64,000 bases of DNA from Squalus acanthias (Eukaryota): positions 105,650,001-105,714,000 of the forward strand of contig CM059431.1 of NCBI GenBank assembly GCA_030390025.1. Reading direction: 5' to 3'. The notes under the pieces are model-generated. The model saw only the letters and a program-made list of their open reading frames with translations, was not told where the DNA came from and did no database searches. Made by a program: the position numbers and the translations under genes. Position 1 is the stretch's first letter; each line of letters starts with the position of its first letter. This document shows, piece after piece, positions 25,924 to 38,240 of this stretch.

Positions 25924-26248
25924 TTCGGATGAGACGTTAAACCGAGGCCCTGTCTGCTCTCACAGCTGGATGTAAAAGATCCCACAGCACTATTTCAAAG
26001 AAGAGCAGGGGGAGTTAGCCCCGGAGTCCTGGGGCCAATATTTATCCCTCAATCATCATCATTAAAATAGATTATCTGCTCATTATAACATTGCTGTTTG
26101 TGGGAGCTTGCTGTGCACAAATTGGCTGTCGCGTTTCCTACATTGCAACAGTGACTACACTTCAAAAAGTACTTCATTGGCTGTAAAGCGCTTTGGGACA
26201 TCCGGTGGTCATGAAAGGCGCTGTATAAATGCAAGGCTTTCTTTCTTT
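25924..26248 (+). mobile_element. 5'-truncated DeuSINE-type SINE
   Basis: TTTCGGATGAGACGTTAAACCGAGG core through to the L2-like tail. Confidence 0.88.
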
Positions 26249-26444
26249 ATAACCAAAATGTCAACCATTGAACCTCGTCGACATAGACAGTTAGCGTATC
26301 TTATCTAGTCTCTGCTTGTCAGCATATGCTGCAAAAATCAGCACAGGATACATGTATAGGAAAATCTCAAGGACATTACATTATAACAGATGCGAGGCTC
26401 CATCTTGAATCATATCCGAGTATATTTCCACATCATATCTTTCT

Positions 26445-26670
26445 ACATAGAATCATGGAGCACAGAAGGAGGCCATTCAGCCCATTGTGCCTGTGCTGGC
26501 TCTTTGAAAGAGCTATCCAATCAGTTCTATTACCCTGCCCTTTCCTGATAGCCCTGCAATTGTTTCCCCTTGAAGTATTTATCCAGTTCCCTTTTCAAAG
26601 TTACGATTGAATCTGCTTCCACCACCCTCTCGGGTAGTGTGTTCCAGATCATAACAACTCGCTGCATAAA
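26445..26670 (-). mobile_element. CR1 3' tail fragment
   Basis: CATAGAATCATG..GGAGGCCATTCAGCCC..AATCTGCTTCCACCACCCT. Confidence 0.75.
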
Positions 26671-27274
26671 AATAATTCCCTCTGGGTTTCTTAAGCTAGG
26701 CCAAATATTTCAAATTCAAAAAGCGATTCTGTTGGCTACTTTCTATGGACTCCCATCGTCTTTGTGCGGAAAGCCAAATAGAGAAATCACTGTCTGAAGA
26801 CATTACTCGTTCCCAGCTGTGAAACTTCAAATACATTCTAGCTGGCAAATATTTTTTTTTTTTTGCTATTTCGAGCGGCCAAATCATCAAAAAACATGCT
26901 TTGTTCCACAAAATAAGGCGAGCAGCCCCTTGAGGCTTCCTGGGTAACAGAGAGGACGGAAGTCAGTGCTCAATGACAAGGATTGCGAGCATCTCCCAGC
27001 ACGGAGTCTTTGATCTGATTCAGTTTGACAGTTTTCTATCCAAATGTCTGGGAATGATGGAACATGGCAAGTGATTCCACGGTCCTGGATCACTGGCAAC
27101 AGGACCACTCCTCCTTCCATGCAGCATAAGCCAATCAGGACCGCACCAATGATTTAAAAGACCTTGGCTTCACAAATATTAAAATGATCTACTTGCGTAA
27201 ATTGGCCCAGATGCAGGGAGTACACTGCAGGGGGGGGCTGGACAACTGCTGCCCCAGCAACCCTTAGGGGAATA

Positions 27275-27412
27275 CAATAGCAAAATCCTGCGGATGCTGG
27301 AAATCCGAAATAACAACAGAAAACGCTGGAAAAACTCAGCAGGCCAGGCAGCATCCGTGGAGAGAGAAACAGAGTTAACGTTTCAGGTCGAAGACCTTTC
27401 GTCAGAACTCTT
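27275..27412 (-). mobile_element. Penelope-type terminal repeat fragment with hammerhead motif
   Basis: Collinear with 22351..22500. Confidence 0.75.
27371..27411 (-). ncRNA. Minimal type I hammerhead ribozyme motif (best-paired copy)
   Basis: AGAGTT-CTGACGA-A-AGGTC-TTC-GACCT-GAAA-CGT-T-AACTCT: stem I 6 bp, stem II 5 Watson-Crick bp. Confidence 0.8.
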
Positions 27413-27446
27413 AAGGGAATGTGGACATACTTAAAGAATGATGGCC

Positions 27447-27653
27447 ATGATGCGGAGATGCCGGTGTTGGACTGGGGTGGACAAAAGTGAGAAGTCGCAC
27501 AACACCAGGTTATAGTCCAACAGTTTTATTTGAAATCACAAGCATTCGGAGCTGCTGCCCCTTCACCTGACGAAGGGGCAGCAGCTCCGAAAGCTTGTGA
27601 TTTCAAATAAAACTGTTGGACTATAACCTGGTGTTGTGCGACTTCTCACTTTT
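27447..27653. mobile_element. Second Penelope-type family: short insertion forming an 82-bp inverted repeat
   Basis: Arms 27483..27564 / 27572..27653 (81/82), 7-nt spacer; flanking duplication AAAGAATGATGGCC / AAAAAATGATGGCC. Confidence 0.8.
27563..27600 (+). ncRNA. Minimal type I hammerhead ribozyme motif (second family)
   Basis: TCAC-CTGACGA-A-GGGGC-AGCA-GCTCC-GAAA-GCT-T-GTGA. Confidence 0.75.
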
Positions 27654-28099
27654 AAAAAATGATGGCCCACAGACAAGACAAGGAGCAAAAAAAATTCCAA
27701 CCATTACAAAAAGGTTGAAAATAGTTTTTAAATATTTGTCAGACTTTCCAAAAGCCCGCATGGAGGACAGGAAGTGGTAGCGAGAGAAGAAAAAACCACT
27801 ATCAATGGCATAAAGCACAGCCATGCAGCCCCAGTTATAGGCCTGGCAAATTAGATGTGCTGCTTGCCTCGATTCACAATTCAAGACACCTCCCCTCGAG
27901 ATGACAATGTGTCATGCCTTGTAGGAGGTAATGAGAAGGCTCAATCAACAATGTGCAGACCCAAATGCAGAAGAAGATAGCATACTTTAAGGAAAGCAAG
28001 ACTATCCACGTATGAGGCAAATGGGCCCAAGACTGCACACCACAACATTTTTGCTCGTCAAACTGTTCTACATTTACTGTGCCAAGCCTTCAAACAACC

Positions 28100-28195
28100 T
28101 TACCGTTCTGACAAAAGGTCATCGACCTGAAACGTTAACTCTGTTTCTCTCTCCACAGATGCTGCCTGACCAGTTTCCAGCATTTTCGGTTTTCT
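28100..28195 (+). mobile_element. Penelope-type fragment with mutated hammerhead core (CTGACAA)
   Basis: GTT-CTGACAA-A-AGGTC-ATC-GACCT-GAAACGTTAACT at 28105..28140. Confidence 0.7.
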
Positions 28196-28481
28196 TACAC
28201 ATCTTTCTTTGCATTCCATTCACACCTGTACACATTCAAGTCACAGCGTAGAATTGAAAGCTTTCGAAAGACTTGCATTGTGCACGAGCTTTACACATAG
28301 CCACTTGGCTGCAGGTGGCCCCTGTTCCATATGGCAAATCTCCATCTGGCTCTACATTGACTCTGAGCAGTTACCCTGGGTCATAGAATCATAGAAACAT
28401 AGAAGATAGGAGCAGGAGTAGGCCATTCGGCCCCTCGAGCCAGCTCCGCCATTCAATGCGATCATGGCTGATCATCCAAAT

Positions 28482-31330
28482 TCAGTACCCTGTCCCTGCT
28501 TTCTCCCCATATCCCTTGATCCCTTTAGTCTTAAGAAATATATCTAACTCCTTCTTGAATATATTTAATGAATTGGCCTCTACTGCCTTCTGTGGCAGAG
28601 AATTCCACAGGTTCACCACTCTCTGGGTGAAGAAATTCCTCCTCATTTCTATCCTAAATGGCTTACCCCTTATCCTTAGACTGTGACCCCTGGTTCTGGA
28701 CTCCCCGACCATCGGGAACATCCTTCCTGCATCTAGTTTGTCCTGTCCTGTCAGAATTTTATAAGTTTCAATGAGATCCCCTCTCATTCTTCTAAACTCC
28801 AGTGAGTATAAGCCCAATCGACCCAATCTCTCTTCATACGTCATTCCTGCCATCCCAGGTATCAGCCTTGTGAATCTTCGCTGAACTCCTTCCATGACAA
28901 GAACATCCTTCCTCAGATAAGGTGACCAAAACTGCACACAGTACTCAAGGTGTGGTCTCACCAAGGCCCTGTACAACTGCAGCAAGACATCCTTGTTCCT
29001 GTACTCAAACCCTCTTGCTATGAAGGCCAACATACCATTTGCCTTCTTAACCGCCTGCTGCACCTGCATGCTTACCTTCAGCGACTGGTGCACAAGGACA
29101 CCCAGGTCTCGTTGCACTTCCCCTTCTCCCAATCTATTGCCATTCAGATAATAGTCTGCCTTTCTATTTTTGACACCAAAGTAGATAACCTCGCATTTAT
29201 CCACGTTATATTGCATCTGCCACGCTTCTGCCCAATCACCCAACCTGTCCAAATCATCCTGGAGTTTCTTGGCATCCTCCTCGCAGCACACACACCCACC
29301 CAGCTTTGTGTCGTCTGCAAACTTGGAGATATTACATCTAGTTCCCTTGTCTAGATCATTAATATATATTGTGAATAGCTGGGGTCCAAGGACCGATCCC
29401 TGCGGTACCCCACTAGTCACTGCCTGCCACTCGAAAAAAGACCCGTTTATTCCAACTCTTTGCTTTCTGTCTGCCAATTAGTTCTCTAGCCAAGTCAATA
29501 CCTTGCCCCCATTCCCATGTGCCTTAACTTTACACGCTAATCTCTTATGCGGGACCTTATCAAAAGCCTTTTGGAAGTCCAAATACACCACATCCACTGG
29601 TTCTCCCTTATCTATTTTACCAGTTACATCCTCAAAAAATTCCAGTAGATTAGTCAAGCATGATTTACCTTTTGTAAATCCATGTTGACTTTGTCCGATC
29701 CTGTCACTGTTTTCCAAGTGCTCAGCTATTACATCTTTTATAATGGACTCTAGCATTTGCCCCACTACTGATGTCAGGCTCACCGGTCTGTAATTCCCCG
29801 TTTTCTCGCTACCACCCTTTTTGAACAGTGGGGTAACATTAGCTACCCTCCAATCCATGGGTACTGTTCCAGATTCCATCGAATGTTGGAAGATGATCAT
29901 CAATGCATCTGCTATTTCTAGGGCCACTTCCTGAAGTACCCTAGGATGTAGATTATCAGGCCTTGGGGATTTATCGGCCTTCAATCCCTTCAATTTCCCT
30001 AACACCATTTCCCTACAAATACTGATTTCTTTCAGTTTCTCCCTTTCATCAGACCCTATGTTCCCCAACATCTCTGGGAGGTTATTTGTGTCCTTTGTGA
30101 AGACAGAACCAAAGTATGTATATAATTGGCCTGACATTTTTTGTTCCCCATTATAAGTTCCCTGATTCTGACTGCAAGGGACCTATGCTTGATTTCACTA
30201 ATCTTTTTCTCTTCACATATCTATAAAAGCTTTTACAGTCAGTTTTTATGTTCCCTGCAAGATTACTCTCGTATTCTATTTTCCCCTTCTTAATTAATCC
30301 CTTTGTCCTCCTTTGTTGAATCTTAAACTGCTCCCAATCCTCAGGGTTACTGCTTTTTCTGGCCAATTTATATGCCCTCTCCTTGGATCTTATGCTATCC
30401 CTAATTTCCCTTGTTAGCCATGGTTGAGTCACCCTTTTTGTTTTATTCTTATGCCAAACTGGGATGAACAAATTCTGTAGTTTGTCCATGCGGTCTTTGA
30501 ATGTTTGCCATTGCCTATCCACCGTCAACCCTTTGAGTGACAGTCCCCAATCAATCCTACCCAACTCGCACCTCATACCATCATAGTTTCCTTTATTTAA
30601 ATTCAGGACCCTAGTCTCTGATTCAACTACTTCACTCTCCATCCTAATGAAGAATTCTATCATATTATGATCGCTCCGACCCAAGGGGCCTCGCACAACA
30701 AGATTGCTAATTAATCCTTTGTCATTGCATAATATCCAATCTAAGATGGCCTGATCTCTGGTTGGTTCCTCGACATATTGGTCCAGGAAACCATCCCGTA
30801 AACACTCCAGGAATTCCTCCTCCATAGTGTTGTTACTAATTTGGTTAGCCCAATCTATATGTAGATTAAAGTCACCCATGATGACTGCTGTGCCCTTATT
30901 GCACACTTCTCTAATTTCCCTTTTAATGCCATCCCCAACCTCCGCATTACTTTTTGGAGGTCTATATATCACTCCCACTAACGTTTTCTGCCCCTTGTTA
31001 TTTCTCAGTTCAACCCATACAGATTCCACATCATCAGAGCTAATATCCTTCCTTTCAATTGTGTGAATCCCTCTTTAACCAGCAATGCTACCCCACCTCC
31101 CTTTCCTTTTTGCCTATCTTTCCTGAATATTGAATACCCCTGGATGTTGAGTTCCCACCCTGGAGCCATGTTTCAGTAATCCCAATCAAATCATATTTGT
31201 TTACCTCTATTTGCGCAGCTAATTCATCCACCTTGTTCCGAATGCTCCTTGCATTAAGACACAAAGCCTTCAGGCTTGTTTTTTTAATGCTCTTAGACCT
31301 ATTAGAATTAGTATTTACTGTGGCCATGTT
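28482..31330 (-). pseudogene. CR1 ORF2 (APE + RT) with frameshifts and an in-frame stop at 29478..29480
   Basis: ORFs 31088..31447 (CLNARSI, ITETWL), 30151..31029, 29478..30137, 28482..29477 (KFADD). Confidence 0.95.
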
Positions 31331-31449
31331 TGATTTAAACCGTTGTTTTCTCTGACTGCCACTTTTGTTTTTCTCCTTCCTATCTTTTGCTTTTATCCTT
31401 GTTTCCCTTTCTCTGTCTCCCTGCTCAGGTTCCCAACCCCCTGCCATTT

Positions 31450-32399
31450 TAGTTTAAACCCTCCCCCAGAGCACTAGCAAACACTCCCCCTAGGACATTG
31501 GTCCCGGCCCTGCCCAGGTGTAGACCGTCCGGTTTGTACTGGTCCCACCTCCCCCAGAACCGGTTCCAATGCCCCAGGAATTTGAATCCCTCCCCCTTGC
31601 ACCATTCCTCTAGCCACGTATTCATTTAAAATATCCTTCTATTTCTACACTGACTAGCACGTGGCACTGGTAGCAATCCTGAGATTACTACCTTTGAGGT
31701 CTTATTTTTTAATTTACCTCCTAACTCCCTATATTCTGCTTTTAGGACCTCATCCCGTTTTTTACCTATATCGTTGGTACCTATATGCACCACGACAACT
31801 GGCTGTTCACCCTCCCCTTCCAAAATGCTCTGTAGCCACTCTGAGACATCCTTGACCCTTGCACCAGGGAGGCTACATACCATCCTGGAGTCTTGTTTGC
31901 GGCCGCAGAAAAGCCTATCTGTTCCCCTTACAATAGAATCCCATATCACTATAGCTCTCCCACTCTTTTTCCTCCCATCCTGTGCAGCAGAACTACCTAC
32001 GGTGCTAGGAAGTTGGCTGCTGCTGTCTTCCCCTGATAAGCCATCTCCCTCAACAATCTCCAAAGCAGTATATCTGTTTGAGAGGGGGATGGCCACAGGG
32101 GACCCCTGCACTACCTACCTGCGCCTATTACTCTGCCTGGTGGTCACCCATTCCCTTCCTGCCTGTACACCCTTTACCTGCGGTGTGACCAACTCCTTAA
32201 ACGTGCTATCCACGATGTCCTCAGCATCGCAAATGCTCCAGTATGCATCCCAGCGCAGCTCCAGCGCCGCAATGCGGTCTGTCAGTAGCTGCAGCTGGAT
32301 ACACCTCCCGCACACATGGTTGTCAGGGACACAGGAAGTGTCCCTGATTTCCCACATAGTGCAGGAAGAGCATGTCACAGCACCGAGCTGTCCTGCCAT
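31450..32399 (-). pseudogene. CR1 ORF1 (zinc finger/leucine zipper plus SGNH esterase) with premature stops
   Basis: CSSCTMWE..HVCGRC, WDSIVRG, HIGTND; in-frame TAG at 32115..32117. Confidence 0.93.
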
Positions 32400-33388
32400 G
32401 ACTTACCCTTTAATTAATTAATTAATTAATTAAAATTAAATGGATCCCACCAATTACACTGGAATTAAGTGATATACTCAAGGGCCCCTGCTTAACAGTA
32501 GTCCCCGCTACACAAAGAGACCGTAGAAACCACTAAATTTAAGTTTAGAAAAATTGAGAAAGAAAACACTCACCAACCAATCACTTACCTGCTTTTTGGT
32601 GACGTTACACTATGAATACTTTTTGCTTCCCTCTCCCAGAACCTGGATTTCTGAGCTGCCTCGGGGCTCACCTTAAGTACCGCCGCTCGCCGCCTCTGTT
32701 CCCTCGCAGGTCCGCCGCCTCTGCCGCCTCGCCGCTCTAGCTCTTTGCCAGATAGGTGTACTGAGGGCAGCAAATATGGCAGAGCGCGTGCTAATCTCTC
32801 TGGAATTCCTCCTCTCATCTTGCACCCGCTAATATCAAGAAGCACTGGAGGGGTTTTGTGTCATTTTAAAAAGCAAACTTACCGTAAAGGAGCAAAAAAA
32901 AAAGGCATCCAAACAGCCTCACAAAGAAAATTAATTGAAAAAGATGGAAAAAAGTCCCTCATTAAAACAGAGTTCTAAAAAGCCACAACACATCAAGGTT
33001 CCCGTCCTTCCATTTTAATGGGCACCGAAGGATAAGAAGAAAAAACCTGGAGAAAATCTTGCAGAATTGGGACTAGCTGTTCAATTAAATATTTTTGCAT
33101 CAAATCTGAGTCTATGAACGAGGCTAAGGCGCAAAATAACAAGCAGCATTCTAACACACAAAATGAACCAGGCTTCAGAATTACAGCCCATTGGAAAATT
33201 AGCAGAGCCTTCTCCTGCCCCCACCCCCACCCCCACCCCGCCCCCCTGCCCCAGCCCCACTGTCCCCAATCGTTTTAATCCCTCGGTGCCTGTAACAGTG
33301 CAGCTCAGCATCCTAGAATCAGCTCTGTACTCTGCAGACTGTTGGTCATTTCTTCGGTTCCGATCAAAGATCATCGACCTGAAACAAT

Positions 33389-35007
33389 GGGCCGGATTTT
33401 GCGACCACCCCCCCCCGCCACCCCACACGGGTGCGTACGAGGTGAGCACGCGCCCTTAAGGGCCGCGCAAGTTCCGGGTTTAGGCAGGCGAAGCGCATGC
33501 GCTGAAACCCGGCACTTGCGATCTGCCAAGAATTGTCTTGACAGATCCTCCGCATGCCCGGGAGACGGGCCTCTGCGGGTGGAGATTTGCGCTATTTGCT
33601 CAACTTCCGCCGGCTGAATACCTGTCAAATTCTTACGCCTGGTAAAAGCAGGCATAAGAGTTTTTTAAAAATAGAAAAATAAAATTTTATCACTCATTTA
33701 TAAATTAAAAATACTCTTCAAAAAGGTAAGTTTATTTTTAGCCCCATAAAAACATTTAATTATTTTTTCAAAATATTAAGGGGGAGAAATTCGGTATGCC
33801 CCGTTTGGGGCGCAATTATTGGCCGGGCGCAAAGTTTAGCGCCTGCCGCTAATTATCGCCTCCGACTACAAACTTGGCTTCTATCGCCCCTGGAGGTGAT
33901 TGGAGCGCTAAATCTGGCGCTACACACCTCTCTTAAGGCACTAACGCCGAGGAGCGAGGCGCTACCTCATATGATGTCAGTCAGCAATGGAACACAGACA
34001 CACTGGCACCGGCCAGTTCTTAAAGGGGAGGGTCGATCTTGCTCTCCATCCACACCCTGCTCATTGCAGCCTTGAATCTCAGCCTAGAGAGACCTGTACA
34101 TCAAATCTGCTGCAAAGAACAATGGAGAGGGCCAGGGAAAGAGCTCAGAGTGCAGCGCCCATAGTCACTTCTCAATCGATGCAAGGAAGGTCAAATCAAA
34201 ATGAACCTGCAAAGTGCTGCTCAGTAGTCAAAACTCCTTCACACAGCGTTGAATCTCTCCAGAAGTCTCTCTCTCTCAGAATGGGTGGTGCAAAAGTGTC
34301 GCCGACAAAAAAGGCAGTAAGCGGCCGCCTTTAAATAGTGCTCTCCCAGTCCCTTCCCAACTGCAAAACGCTCTCCTCAACCTGTCGTTGCTAGCAGCAG
34401 GCAGTAAGGCAGGGGGCGCCACTCAATATCCGCTCCGGGGCGTTGCACACTCGACTGACGTCACGATCTGCAGGCGTAGGAGATCGTGGCGGTAGTGTTT
34501 AGCGCCGCCGCAAAATGTCTGGTCAATTTCGCGAGCGGCGCAAACATCGCCGCGCCCGGGTGCTAGTTACTTTGCGCACCATTAGCGCCCTCTTAGGGTG
34601 CTAACGGGAGGTGCAAAGCAACCGAATTTTTCCCCCTAAATTTTTGTTTAAAATATTTAATTAAATGGCATTTTAATTAATTTTAAATATGTAATTAAAA
34701 AATGTTTTTATTTCATCGGTTTTTTAAGTGATTCCCATTCATACTTATGACAGTTCCGTATATACAGAACTGTCAAATGTATGAATGGGGATTCCTTCTT
34801 TTATTGGTTGGGCCGACCTACGTGAGCCCAGGAGCGCCTACGAACCGCAGTTGCCCCGGGGGATACGTGGGGCTCTGCCCGCGCAGACCCGGAGAGGACC
34901 AGGATCGCCAGCCTCTGTACCTCCCGGGCCACCAGGTACTTCCGTAGATATTTTTGCAGGCCGGAGGCGTCCGCCTGCGGGAAGGCTCCGATCGCAAGTG
35001 TTGGCCC
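33389..35007. mobile_element. MITE with GC-rich arms and AT-rich centre, hosting a nested Harbinger element
   Basis: TIRs GGGCCGGATTTTGCGA / TCGCAAGTGTTGGCCC (11/16); homologous to 38868..39563. Confidence 0.72.
33780..34636. mobile_element. Non-autonomous PIF/Harbinger element (857 bp)
   Basis: TIRs GGGGGAGAAATTCGGT / ACCGAATTTTTCCCCC (15/16), TSD TAA/TAA; shares GCGTTGCACACTC..TGAYGTCACGATCT with 60620..62233. Confidence 0.88.
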
Positions 35008-35801
35008 GTTAACTCCGTCTTCTCTCTCACCACAGATGCTGCTGAGCGCTTCCAGCATTTTTCTGCTTTTATTTCAGATTTCCAGCACCCGCAGTGTTTT
35101 GCTTTTGAATTTTGTCAGTTCTCTTGTTTTAACCACAGTTTCACATCACAGTGGTGAAATGAAACACTGCAGCCGAGGCGTGATCAATGTAACGAATCAT
35201 GAAAAGACTCTGTTTCAAAGGACGCCAGAATGGGCAAGAAAAATGTAAACTATTTGCTGTTTTAGTTTCAAAAACAGTTTGAAGTATCAATGCAAGTTAA
35301 GTACTGTATAGCTGTTTATCTACAAATGAATGATGTGTGTTTTATTCATGTGGAAATTTATTTCTGGCAATAAAACTAATTTGTAATTTAGCCTGAATTC
35401 TATGGTCTGACAGTGTGGTGCTTTTTTACCTAACAAAGAGAGCAGGAGTCTATACTAAACATGAATACAACTTAGCAAGAATAGTCCAGCAGTGCCAGGG
35501 TATAGTGCTGTCAGCCATGGCTCAGTTGGTAGCACTCTTGCCTCTGAGTCAAGAAGGTTGTGGGTTCAAGTCCCACTCTAGGGACTTGAGCACAAAAATC
35601 TAGGCTGTCACTCCCAGTGCAGTATTGAAGGAGCGCTGCACTGTCGGAGGTGCCGTCTTTCGGATGAGACGTTAAACCGAGGCCCCGTCTGCTCTCTCAG
35701 GTGGATGTAAAAGATCCTGTGGCACTATATCAAAGAAGAGCAGGGGATGTTCTCTCCGGTGTCCTGGCCAATATTTATCCCTCAATCAACATCACTAAAA
35801 C

Positions 35802-35918
35802 AGAACAAGTAGTCACACAGGCTTTGTACCTTAAAACTGTAGATCTATTCACCATTGGTTCACTTGTATTGGGGGAGGATAAAACATAAGTACACGGAAG
35901 CCTTAAGAGGAAATCCAA
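35802..35918 (+). repeat. 117-bp direct copy of 37570..37686
   Basis: 114/117 identical by eye. Confidence 0.92.
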
Positions 35919-36300
35919 CATTCACTCCCTCCACCACCAGCGCACCATGGCTGCAGTGTGTACCATCTACAAGATGCACTGCAGCAACTCACCAAGGCTT
36001 CTTCGGCAGCACCTCCCAAACCCACGACCTCTTCCACCTAGAAGGACAAGGGCAGCAGGCGCATGGGAACACCTTTCCCTCCAAGTCACACACCATCCTG
36101 ACTTAGAAGTATATCGCCGATCCTTCATCGTCGCTGGGTCAAAATCCTGGAACTCCCTCCCTAACAGCACCGTGGGAGTACCCTCACCACACAGACTGCA
36201 GCGGTTCAAGAAGGCTGCTCACCACCACCTTCTCAAGGGCAATTAGGGATGGGCAATAAATGCTGGCCTTGCCAGTGACGCCCACATCCCATAAACAAAT
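35917..36300 (+). mobile_element. 5'-truncated copy of the tRNA-headed LINE family
   Basis: Collinear with 20981..21367, including the TAGGGATGGGCAATAAATGCTGGCC tail. Confidence 0.9.
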
Positions 36301-37715
36301 CTAAAAAAACAGATTATCTGGTCATATTCACATTGCTGTATGTGGGAGCTTGCTGTGTGCAAATTGGCTGCAGCATTTCTTACATTACAACAGTGACTAC
36401 ACTTCAAAGAGTACTTCATTGGCTGTAAAGCGCTTTGGAACGTCCTGCGGTCGTGAAAGGAGCTATATAAATGCAAGCCTTTCTTTCTTTTTTACTCTGA
36501 TGCTGTGCTCCAGGAGAGCTGTTCTATTACATGCACGGGAGGATTTTTTCCGACTGGACTGTAATTTTGCATGCTAGATTGCTTGTGGTTATTTTAACTG
36601 CAGGCTTTCGATTGAAATTTTACTTCACAGGAATTGCAGGTCCACGCGTTGTGAGTAATTTAGATTAGATTCAGTCGTTGGTACTCAAGAGATTAAAGGG
36701 AGCTATGGTCCAAAGAATATATGTTTTATCACAGTTATAAAATAAGCTACAATACAAGTAAAGATGTTAAAATACAAAGATTACACTCATAGCATTCTAA
36801 ATAAGACGTTGAGGTACAACCTGCTTAGCATCAACAGGGTTGCAAAGTGATCAAACTCAAGTTGCCTTACAGCTACTTGAGCATGTCCAGAAATGCTCTA
36901 ACATCTATATTTTAAGTCCAGCTTGTATACATTAATCATTCATTAGATTATGAGCCCGCTTTGGGCCCGTACGTCAATCAAACTCAATGTTTCTCAAGCT
37001 AAGCAGTTACCTGCCAACACCCGCACATCCCATAGTAAGCAGAAACAGGCAACTGACCATTTCCCATGTTGTGATCCCATGAAGAATAGGTAACCCCTGG
37101 AGACGTTGTGGGTTCATCAAGGACAACAACAACTTGTATTTATACAGTGCCTTTAACACAGTAAAACGTCTCAAACGTTCTGGGAGCCTTACACCTCATA
37201 CTTTTATACAACTTCCCACACCATGTAAAATTTTGTAACCTATCTTAATACAACATTGAGGAAAATACATGCAACACGTCTCTATCTTTAGTCAAAATGG
37301 CTGCCTTCAGCTGAGCACCTGATGCTGTTTATATATCAGTCCCGCCTCTGACCTCTAGATGGCTTTATGTGACTTTTTACAGATCCTGACAAGAAGGAAC
37401 AGAGTAATGGACCTTTTTGAATGTTTTCCAAGAGGCGTTTGTCAACAAGTCTACATGTCTAATCCATCTCTGTATTTCACACATTATGTATATATGCCAA
37501 CCTAGAAAACTAGCAAAAGCTGACACACACCCCAAAAGGTTGGCAACTGAAGAACGACCTTGACATGTGAGAACAAGTAGTCACACAGGCTTTGTACCTT
37601 AAAACTGTAGATATATTCACCATTGCTTCACTTGTATTGGGGGAGGATAAAACATAAGTACATGGAAGCCTTAAGAGGAAATCCAAGCATTGAAGGCATA
37701 AAATGTGTTCAATAT

Positions 37716-38240
37716 CAACAACTTGTATTTATCTAGCGCCTTTAACATAGTAAAATGTCCGAAGGCGCTTCACAGGAGCATTATAAAACAAAAATATGAC
37801 ACCGAGCCACATAAGAAATTAGGGCAGATGTTCAAAGAGGTAGGTTATAAGGAGCGTCTTAAATGAGGGGTTGAGAGGCGGAGAGCTTAGGGCCTAAGCA
37901 GATGAAGGCACGGCCACCAATGGTTGAGCGATTATAATCAGGGATGCTCAAGAGGGCAGAATTAGAGGAGCACAAATATCTCGGGAGGGGCGGGGTTGTG
38001 GGGCTGGAGGAGATTACAGAGATAGGGAGGGGCGAGGCAATGGAGGGATTTGAAAACAAGGATGAGAATTTTGAAATCGAGGTGTTGCTTAACTGGTAGC
38101 CAAAGTAGGTCAGCGAGCACAGGGGTGATGGGTTAACGGGACTTGGTGCGAGTTAGGGCACGGGCAGCAGAGTTTTGGATGACCTCAAGTTTGCGTAGGG
38201 TAGAATGTGGGAAGCCAGCCAGGAGTGCGTTGGAATAGTC
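37716..38240 (-). mobile_element. L2 LINE 3' fragment
   Basis: ORF 37859..38059 LLSIP..RSTIGGRAF..LGPKL; tail shared with the SINE 3' ends; a shorter tail at about 37125..37185. Confidence 0.85.

Larger units (their letters stand above)
28382..32745 (-). mobile_element. Full-length CR1 LINE (about 4.36 kb), disrupted
   Basis: ORF1 and ORF2 pieces in order, GC-rich 5' end, CR1 3' UTR and tail; same subfamily as 1..1742. Confidence 0.96.
33340..35110 (+). mobile_element. Penelope-type fragment split at its hammerhead by a MITE (33340..33388 and 35008..35110)
   Basis: ..ATCATCGACCTGAAAC | GTTAACTCCGTCTTCTCTCTCACCACAGATGCTGC rejoins into the repeat seen at 28100. Confidence 0.75.
35509..36490 (+). 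mobile_element. DeuSINE-type SINE split by a LINE insertion (SINE 35509..35804 and about 36303..36490)
   Basis: A/B boxes, Deu-like core, L2-like tail; AAAACAGA duplicated at the break. Confidence 0.88.
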
